DNA from: Nemertoderma westbladi
Taxonomy: Eukaryota; Animalia; Xenacoelomorpha
Direction of reading: 5' to 3'
Length of the DNA: 64,000 bases
NCBI GenBank assembly: GCA_032718475.1
Contig: JAUCBJ010001695.1
Location: 20,287 to 84,286 of the forward strand
Shown here: positions 56,509-64,000 of the stretch, piece after piece
Numbering within the stretch: the stretch's first letter is position 1
How the letters are laid out: the number at the start of each line of letters is the position of its first letter
Made by a program: the position numbers and the translations under genes
Notes under the pieces: model-generated
Database searches by the model: none
Told to the model about the DNA's origin: nothing
What the model saw: only the letters and a program-made list of their open reading frames with translations

Positions 56509-56797
56509 ATAGAAGTTAATAGAAGTTAATAGAAGTTAATAGAAGTTAATAGAAGTTAATAGAAGTTAATAGAAATTAATAGAAGTTAATAGAAGTTAAT
56601 AGAAGTTAATAGAAGTTAATAGAAGTTAATAGAAGTTAATAGAAGTTAATAGAAGTTAATAGAAGTTAATAGAAGTTAATAGAAGTTAATAGAAGTTAAT
56701 AGAAGTTAATAGAAGTTAATAGAAGTTAATAGAAGTTAATAGAAGTTAAATAGAAGTTAATAGAAGTTAATAGAAGTTATTAGAAGTTCACAGAAGT
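56509..56797. repeat. 10-bp minisatellite (AGAAGTTAAT)n, about 28 copies
   Basis: Directly visible and nearly perfect, with one substitution, one 1-bp insertion and decay at the right edge. Confidence 0.98.
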
Positions 56798-56821
56798 GCT
56801 TATATGAAACACAAATTTCTA

Positions 56822-56827
56822 TTTAAT
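56822..56827 (-). terminator. Candidate polyadenylation signal (ATTAAA) for the 223-aa gene
   Basis: ATTAAA on the minus strand about 435 nt past the stop codon, just before the minisatellite. The context is AT-rich, so a chance match is plausible. Confidence 0.25.
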
Positions 56828-57262
56828 AAGAATACAACTATTTTCGAACAATAAGGTTCATATTGTAAACATTTACTATTATAAGCAGTCGCACGCCATA
56901 GGTATCTGTAAGCTTTATCGAATTTTCTTTATAACTATAACTATTTTGCACAAAAATTCTAACTAATAATTATTATCGATATTTATAATATGAATAATAT
57001 TTAAAAAAGAAAACTCGAATTTTCATAATTCAATTTTATATAAGAGCAGCACTAACTCACTTAAACATAAGAACAATCTTTTGCATTGACAATAATACAA
57101 GAACACCACAAGATCCCCAATTGTTCTAGTAAACTGATAATATTTTTGTTTTAAAACAATTAATTGGGCAATTAGGCAGTATGGCCAACCTAAATCTATA
57201 ATAGACAAAAATACCCGTATTTGTAGGCCTATCTATCTATACCTTCACCAACAGTAGTTGCT

Positions 57263-57934
57263 TTAACAACTAAAGACTACAAGAAATAGAATTCCTACTA
57301 GCCGAAAGGTCGGGTAGATTGACTCGGATCCGTTTGTTTCTGTGGAGGTTTCCATAACAACCGTGGTCGTGGTTTCAGCTACGACGTCATCCTTCCACGT
57401 CACAGAGGGGCATTCGCTACCGATACCACCACAGCATTGTAGTTGGCACTTACTTGTCTTTACTGCGAAGGAACCTTCTACCCACGAAACAATCCTTGTG
57501 AAAAGGTACAAATCGTCTGTCATTTTATTGGGGTCTGCGCCCGGTTCACTAGCCATATCGTATTGTAGAGTGCAAGCTGCTACGTTTAGCTCTAAACATT
57601 TATCCCAACAGAATGTCTTCGTGAAATAGAATCGAACCTCGTCCTTATCTTGGAATTGGTCACCCGGAACCCCAGAGAATCTGAAACTCAAGACACCGCA
57701 AGAACCGCAGTGTTCTGATATACGGAATGTACTGTTAAACTGTTTGTCGTTCTGTGTAACAATAAGGTTTACCAAAGCATCCTTGAAAAAGGTTTGGAGT
57801 GCCGCGCTGTCAGACTTTATGAATATTGATTCACCAACTTCACAAGTGACGCCCAAACAATTATTTACATAAAATAATGATAAAATAATGGCTATAATAA
57901 TTGCCATTATAGAATATTCCTTGAATACTTCCAT
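57263..57934 (-). CDS. Intronless Cys-rich surface protein, 223 aa, probably GPI-anchored; possibly a divergent Ly6/uPAR (three-finger)-like fold
   Basis: N-terminal hydrophobic signal peptide (IMAIIIAIILSLFYV..CLG|VTC). Ten ectodomain Cys ending in CQLQCCGGIGSEC. Thr-rich stalk (ETTTTVVMETSTET), small-residue omega-like site (NGS) and hydrophobic C-terminus (LVGILFLVVFSC) with no cytoplasmic tail. N-glycosylation sequon NST. The ORF is visibly more GC-rich than its flanks. Confidence 0.85.
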   Translation of the reverse strand: MEVFKEYSIMAIIIAIILSLFYVNNCLGVTCEVGESIFIKSDSAALQTFFKDALVNLIVTQNDKQFNSTFRISEHCGSCGVLSFRFSGVPGDQFQDKDEVRFYFTKTFCWDKCLELNVAACTLQYDMASEPGADPNKMTDDLYLFTRIVSWVEGSFAVKTSKCQLQCCGGIGSECPSVTWKDDVVAETTTTVVMETSTETNGSESIYPTFRLVGILFLVVFSC

Positions 57935-57990
57935 AGTAATCCGAAGCTCAACTGTTTAGAACATTCGCCCCCGCATCACTTCGACTCTGC

Positions 57991-58029
57991 GACTTATTAT
58001 TCCCCTTTCATGTATTGCGGTTTTATATA
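57991..58029 (-). promoter_or_regulatory. Candidate core promoter (TATA box plus Inr-like motif) of the 223-aa gene
   Basis: Minus-strand TATATAAAA at 58029-58021 and an Inr-like TAAGTC at 57996-57991, about 30-33 nt downstream and about 60 nt upstream of the ATG. Confidence 0.45.
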
Positions 58030-59063
58030 CTAATAATAAATATATAATATAAGAATAGATAATTTATATTATTAATACTTGTGTTCTTAAATATTATAAG
58101 CTAAATTCCAGCGGTGAGTCTTTCTAATCGTTTAAACTAAACTGCATTAAAACGCGTTGGTTCTTTGTAATTTACAGTAAACTTATTGAAAATTAACAAA
58201 TGAATTGAAATGAAGTTAAATTAATTGATTTAAATATTTGGTAAGGTACTGTATATATCAATTTCATAATAGGCTGCAACCAATTCGTTTACTTGGGAGA
58301 TTAATTCGTAGAGGAAATAACAAGAAAAATTAAATAAATACAATTTTGATTATAAAATGAAAACAATACAATTTTAAGTTTTTATCAATATATCAACGGT
58401 TATCGATTATATTATTGTAAGTAATATCTCACGTCTTCCTAAATGAAACGGAAATATCTTATTTGTGTGCTCCCACAGGTAAATCAGACTCAACATTCTA
58501 ATTAACACCCCTCCCCTCCTTACTAAATTGTCCGAACCACATGCAGAGCCAATCCGAATGAATAATGTTTTTTGTTACACAGATCACTACAGCGACATAA
58601 GTTCAGTAGGCTCGCTCTAGGACCTGAGTAGTTTGGAATTTATTTTGAAACAAAGATTTGATTATATGATCAATCATACGAGCTCGTTTTTCAACAGTCT
58701 TTGTCAAGCGTTAGTTTGGTTAATGATTGAAACGAGTTTACCACAACCTACTAAACTGATGAAACTACAGACAGATGGATACAAAGTGGCTTTCAGCCCT
58801 TAACAACCACAGTTAAGGGAAAGTTAGTAGGTGTCACGTATTTTAATTCACCGATTAAGCGGAATTATCTAATTTAAATTAAATTATAATTTGTTAAATT
58901 CTTGAATTTACATTAAAAAAACAAGATAAAAATGTAATATCTAATCACTTTAAAATAAGGAGCACGAAAAGAAATACTCTGTGTTAAAATTTACCATTAT
59001 TTATAAGAACACACTCCCATATTACCAACTGCAGAATTCATCAACACAGTTATGTAGGACGTA

Positions 59064-59318
59064 TCTATAGTATCATCTCGGTATACCATGGAGCTCTGTT
59101 CGGGTTCCTGCCGCTATTATTAGTTTGTTTGTGGCAGGAAAGTTTGAACGCTAATGATTGAACGGTCAATCATGGATGTAATGGAACCAAACTTGGTACA
59201 CAAGTAGTCTATCAAAAGTTTAGAAATTCTACATACTGACAGACCTAAATAGTTCCTCTGTCTGCCGCTAGGGAGCGAATTGTCAGAGCTCCCTAATCCG
59301 TACTTAGTACGGACTAGT
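59064..59318 (+). mobile_element. Short non-autonomous Helitron/Helentron-like element
   Basis: Possible A|TC start (TCTATAG at 59064). A 9-bp inverted repeat GGAGCTCTG (59090) / CAGAGCTCC (59284) and a GTTTGTTTGT microsatellite seed. A 3' hairpin TCCGTACT-T-AGTACGGA (59297-59313) is immediately followed by CTAG|T. A related hairpin CCGTGCTTAGCACGG lies at about 59346-59360. Boundaries are uncertain. Confidence 0.5.
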
Positions 59319-59468
59319 GATCTCTTCCCTAGTGTCCGTGCTTGTCCGTGCTTAGCACGGTTCATTAGAAAATTGTAAATAAATCTTGGTTGATGAGGAA
59401 GTTCTAGACAGAACTAGGCAATGTGTAACCCAATCGCTTTGAGTGTAAAGCAGCAATTTACAGTTACA

Positions 59469-59530
59469 AAGTGTTAATATCAATCAATGTGCTAATATCA
59501 GTCAATGTGCTAATATCAGTCAATGTGCTA
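59469..59530. repeat. 18-bp satellite, left fragment (about 3.5 units) cut off by the retrotransposon
   Basis: GTGCTAATATCAGTCAAT units matching the main array at 61018-64000. Confidence 0.95.
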
Positions 59531-61017
59531 CTACTACTACTAGGATCGGCATGCTGCATTGCAGCTGCATTTTTAAGAATGCTGTGCCGGCTTGTCAACA
59601 AAATTCACGGCCACAACTCCCTATCACCCATGACATTTGCTAGATCATTCGCATCTTTAAGGCCAGTGTCCTTTAAGATGCGTCTCAAGAAAGTCATGGG
59701 CTGTCCACCATGCTTATTCACTCCATGAGGCTGCCAAAGTACAAGATTATGCACTGGCTGGTCCTCACGGCGAAAGCAATGTCCTGCAAAGCGGAGGCGA
59801 TTTTGTTCTAGTGACAAGCTTGGGGGAACCAATGAGACACCTCCAATGTTATATAGTGTCTGGTTGGAGATGTGCGCATTGTACTTGAACCAATGAACCC
59901 GGCGTAGCATTCTTGTGAATGTGCCATCCAGAGATTTGGTGTCCTCAGCAGTTAGAGCCCAGCATGGACTCCCGTAGAGGAGTACTGGAACTACTGCTGC
60001 TCTAAACAATCGGACCTTAAGTTTCCGATTAATTCTCGGTGACTTCCAAATCCTGGAAAGCCTATTCAAGGCTGCCCATGCCTTTCCCTTACGTATTCGA
60101 AGGTCCTCACCTGACTTCCGGATCCATGATCCCAGGTAACAGAAGTCGTCCACATGCTCAAGCATACCATCCTTTGAGCTTATGCTCATCCGATCAGAGA
60201 CTTGCTGAGGACTTTCAAAGTTAACTGTCAGAATTTTGGTCTTTCTGGAGTTAATAAAAAGACCAACACTAGAAGCAGCATGTTCTAATGAGCTGAGGAG
60301 CCGTTGGGCTCCCTCTAATGATTCTGAGAGTACTCCTAAGTCATCAGCAAAGTCTAGATCAGTTAGGTACTTGGCAGGATTTCCTCGACTTCTGGAGCCA
60401 GTAGGTGGAGTTATCATCACCCCATCATCATTATAATGGTCTAAGGACATGCGTAGAACATAGTCAACCACAATAATGAACAAGAATGGTGCAAGTGTGT
60501 CTCCTTGGAGGACGCCCCATAACACTTCAAATGGTTCTGTGTCACCGTCAACAGTAGACACAAATGTTGTCGAACCATCGTATACTGATCTGATTGCTGC
60601 AATAATTTCATCAGGAATCCCATATAATGAAAGTATGCTGAACATACGTGAGCGAGAGACTGAATCAAAGGCCTTGAAGAAGTCAACAAAGATAACAGCC
60701 AGATGCCTGTCTTTCTTTTTTGATAACTCTTCAATTATCCTTCTAAGTGCCAAAATGGGCTCCATGGTCCCACGACCCTTACGGAACCCATTCTGATTTC
60801 CACGGAGCAGTCTCTCAATGGGATCCCTGATGCGATTTAATAGAATCCTATTGTATAGCTTTGCAGCAATCGAGATCAATGAGATTCCCCGAAAAGAACC
60901 ATAGTGTGTTAGGTTGCCCTTCTTGGGAACTGGCACCAACTTATTTGTATTCATTTCTTGTGGGACTCTTGTTATTCGGTACATGTCTACTATGATGGGA
61001 TAGATGAGCTTTAAACA
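59528..61017 (-). mobile_element. 5'-truncated non-LTR retrotransposon, RTE-like clade, inserted in the 18-bp satellite
   Basis: RT ORF followed by a short 3' UTR and a (TAG)5 tail (CTA x5 at 59528-59542 on +). The 5' end is cut at the start of the RT domain and no endonuclease domain is present. The satellite resumes at 61018. Confidence 0.92.
59605..61017 (-). CDS. Reverse transcriptase of an RTE-like non-LTR element, N-terminally truncated (459 aa from an internal Met at 60984)
   Basis: Motifs VPVPKKG, FRGISL, QNGFRKGR, FVDFFKAFDSV, GVLQGDTLAPFLF, LDFADD (catalytic), INSRKTK, FCYLGS and the RTE-like C-terminal RLRFAGHCFRR..DRELW. The frame stays open upstream of the Met (CLKLIYPIIVD) up to the satellite junction. 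Confidence 0.93.
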   Translation of the reverse strand, partial: CLKLIYPIIVDMYRITRVPQEMNTNKLVPVPKKGNLTHYGSFRGISLISIAAKLYNRILLNRIRDPIERLLRGNQNGFRKGRGTMEPILALRRIIEELSKKKDRHLAVIFVDFFKAFDSVSRSRMFSILSLYGIPDEIIAAIRSVYDGSTTFVSTVDGDTEPFEVLWGVLQGDTLAPFLFIIVVDYVLRMSLDHYNDDGVMITPPTGSRSRGNPAKYLTDLDFADDLGVLSESLEGAQRLLSSLEHAASSVGLFINSRKTKILTVNFESPQQVSDRMSISSKDGMLEHVDDFCYLGSWIRKSGEDLRIRKGKAWAALNRLSRIWKSPRINRKLKVRLFRAAVVPVLLYGSPCWALTAEDTKSLDGTFTRMLRRVHWFKYNAHISNQTLYNIGGVSLVPPSLSLEQNRLRFAGHCFRREDQPVHNLVLWQPHGVNKHGGQPMTFLRRILKDTGLKDANDLANVMGDRELWP

Positions 61018-64000
61018 TAATATCAGTCAATGTGCTAATATCAGTCAATGTGCTAATATCAGTCAATGTGCTAATATCAGTCAATGTGCTAATATCAGTC
61101 AATGTGCTAATATCAGTCAATGTGCTAATATCAGTCAATGTGTTAATATCAGTCAATGTGCTAATATCAGTCAATGTGCTAATATCAGTCAATGTGCTAA
61201 TATCAGTCAATGTGCTAATATCAGTCAATGTGCTAATATCAGTCAATGTGCTAATATCAGTCAATGTGCTAATATCAGTCAATGTGTTAATATCAGTCAA
61301 TGCGCTAATTTCAGTCAATGTGTTAATATCAGTCAATGTGCTAATATCAGTCAATGTGCTAATATCAGTCAATGTGCTAATATCAGTCAATGTATTAATA
61401 TCAGTCAATGTGCTAATATCAGTCAATGTGTTAATATCAGTCAATGTGCTAATATCAGTCAATGTGCTAATATCAGTCAATGTGCTAATATCAGTCAATG
61501 TGCTAATATCAGTCAATGTGCTAATATCAGTCAATGTGCTAATATCAGTCAATGTGCTAATATCAGTCAATGTGCTAATTTCAGTCAATGTGTTAATATC
61601 AGTCAATGTATTAATATCAGTCAATGTGCTAATTTCAGTCAATGTGCTAATTTCAGTCAATGTGTTAATATCAGTCAATGTGCTAATATCAGTCAATGTG
61701 TTAATATCAGTCAATGTGCTAATATCAGTCAATGTGCTAATATCAGTCAATGTGCTAATATCAGTCAATGTGCTAATATCAGTCAATGTGCTAATATCAG
61801 TCAATGTGTTAATATCAGTCAATGTGCTAATATCAGTCAATGTGTTAATATCAGTCAATGTGCTAATATCCGTCAATGTGCTAATATCAGTCAATATGTT
61901 AATGTCAGTCAATGTGCTAATATCAGTCAATGTGCTAATATCAGTCAATGTGTTAATATCAGTCAATGTGCTAATTTCAGTCAATGTGTTAATATCAGTT
62001 AATGTGCTAATTTCAGCCAATGTGTTAATATCAGTCAATGTGCTAATATCAGTCAATGTGCTAATATCCGTCAATGTGCAAATTTCAGTCAATGTATTAA
62101 GATCAGTCAATGAGCTAATATCAGTCAATGTGCTAATATCAGTCAATGTGCTAATATCAGTCAATGTGCTAATATCAGTAAATGTGCTAATATCAGTCAA
62201 TATGCTAATATCAGTCAATGTGCTAATATGAGTCAATGTGCTAATATCAGTCAATGTGCTAATATCAGTCAATGTGCTAATATCAGTCAATGTGCTAATA
62301 TCAGTCAATGTGCTAATATCAGTCAATGTCCTAATATCAGTCAATGTGTTAATATATCAATCAATGTGCTAATATCAGTCCATGTGTTAATATCAGTAAA
62401 TGTGCTAATTTCAGTCAATGTGTTAAAATCAGTCAATGTGTTAATATCAGTCAAAGAGCTAATTTCAGTCAATGTGTTAATATCAGTCAATATGTTAATG
62501 TCAGTCAATGTGCTAATATCAGTCAATGTGCTAATATCAGTCAATGTGCTAATATCAGTCAATGTGCTAATATCAGTCAATGTGCTAATATCAGTCAATG
62601 TGCTAATATCAGTCAATGTGCTAATATCAGTCAATGTGCTAATTTCAGTCAAAGTGTTAATATCAGTCAATGTGCTAATATCAGTCAATGTGCTAATATC
62701 AGTCAATGTGCTATTATCAGTCAATGTATTAATATCAGTCAATGTGCTAATTTCAGTCAATGTGCTAATTTCAGTCAATGTGTTAATATCAGTCAATGTG
62801 CTAATATCAGTCAATGTGTTAATATCAGTCAATGTGCTAATATCAGTCAATGTGCTAATATCAGTCAATGTGCTAATATCAGTCAATGTGCTAATTTCAG
62901 TCAATGTGCTAATATCAGTCAATGTGTTAATATCAGTCAATGTGCTAATATCAGTCAATGTGTTAATATCAGTCAATGTGATAATATCAGTCAATGTGCT
63001 AATATCAGTCAATGTGCTAATATCAGTCAATGTGCTAATATCAGTCAATGTGTTAATATCAGTCAATGTGCTAATATCAGACAATGTGCTAATATCAGTC
63101 AATGTGCTAATATCAGTCAATGTGCTAATATCAGTCAATGTGCTAATTTCAGACAATGTGCTAATATCAGTCAATGTGCTAATATCGGTCAATGTGCTAA
63201 TATCAGTCAATGTGCTAATATCAGTCAATGTGCTAATATCAGTCAATGTGCTAATATCAGTCAATGTGCTAATATCAGTCAATGTGCTAATATCAGTCAA
63301 TGTGCTAATATCAGTCAATGTGTTAATATCAGTCAATGTGCTAATATCAGTCAATGTGTTAATATCAGTCAATGTGCTAATATCCGTCAATGTGCTAATA
63401 TCAGTCAATATGTTAATGTCAGTCAATGTGCTAATATCAGTCAATGTGCTAATATCAGTCAATGTGTTAATATCAGTCAATGTGCTAATTTCAGTCAATG
63501 TGTTAATATCAGTTAATGTGCTAATTTCAGTCAATGTGTTAATATCAGTCAATGTGCTAATATCAGTCAATGTGCTAATATCCGTCAATGTGCAAATTTC
63601 AGTCAATGTGTTAAGATCAGTCAATGAGCTAATATCAGTCAATGTGCTAATATCAGTCAATGTGCTAATATCAGTCAATGTGCTAATATCAGTAAATGTG
63701 CTAATATCAGTCAATATGCTAATATCAGTCAATGTGCTAATATCAGTCAATGTGCTAATATCAGTCAATGTGCTAATATCAGTCAATGTGCTAATATCAG
63801 TCAATGTCCTAATATCAGTCAATGTGTTAATATCAGTCAATGCGCTAATTTCAGTCAATGTGTTAATATATCAATCAATGTGCTAATATCAGTCCATGTG
63901 TTAATAGCAGTCAATGTGCTAATTTCAGTCAATGTGTTAAAATCAGTCAATGTGTTAATATCAGACAAAGAGCTAATTTCAGTCAATGTGTTAATATCAG
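61018..64000. repeat. 18-bp satellite (GTGCTAATATCAGTCAAT)n, about 165 units, continuing past the window end
   Basis: Directly visible. Common variants are GTGTTA and AATTTC. 2-bp insertions (AATATATCAATC) occur at about 62351 and 63865. Confidence 0.99.

Noticed and set aside
57023-57629. ORFs 57023-57208 (-) and 57342-57629 (+)
   Set aside because: One is a short AT-rich frame in the probable 3' UTR, and the other is an antisense shadow of the 223-aa gene.
59120-60796. Small ORFs overlapping the Helitron-like element and the RT
   Set aside because: They are alternative-frame or antisense shadows with no recognisable motifs.
59605-61017. The RT as a telomerase, retron, DGR or group II intron enzyme that makes the satellites
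   Set aside because: The motifs, C-terminus, short-repeat tail and 5' truncation fit an ordinary RTE-like non-LTR copy. Nothing in the sequence links it to satellite synthesis.
61004-62002. (CANISQ)n as a beetle-type antifreeze protein (Cys every sixth residue)
   Set aside because: There is no signal peptide and no Thr-x-Thr ice-binding motif, the start lies in retrotransposon sequence, and common variants are non-synonymous in this frame.
59605-62344. Fusion of the LTDIST repeat ORF to the RT as a novel repeat-RT protein
   Set aside because: The two ORFs are in different frames. The RT frame meets a TGA within the first satellite unit upstream, and the junction is explained by 5' truncation.

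Overview
This is AT-rich eukaryotic (probably invertebrate) repeat-dominated DNA, not a prokaryotic locus. Bases 1-52793 are one uninterrupted satellite array of about 1,060 copies of a 49/50-bp unit. The array has zoned variants and nested kb-scale internal duplications, and it is most homogeneous toward the window start. A roughly 6.7-kb island (52794-59468) follows. It holds a Tc1/mariner-type deletion derivative whose right TIR is split by a non-autonomous piggyBac-type element carrying 162-bp palindromic repeats, a 10-bp minisatellite, one intronless gene for a Cys-rich, probably GPI-anchored surface protein, and a small Helitron/Helentron-like element. An 18-bp satellite runs from 59469 to the window end and is interrupted near its edge by a 5'-truncated RTE-like non-LTR retrotransposon with an intact RT frame and a (TAG)n tail. 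There is no CRISPR array. No new system is demonstrated. The best leads are hypotheses: a possible terminal (telomere-like) role for the 49/50-bp array, a lone surface-protein gene between two satellites, and possible satellite targeting by the RTE element.
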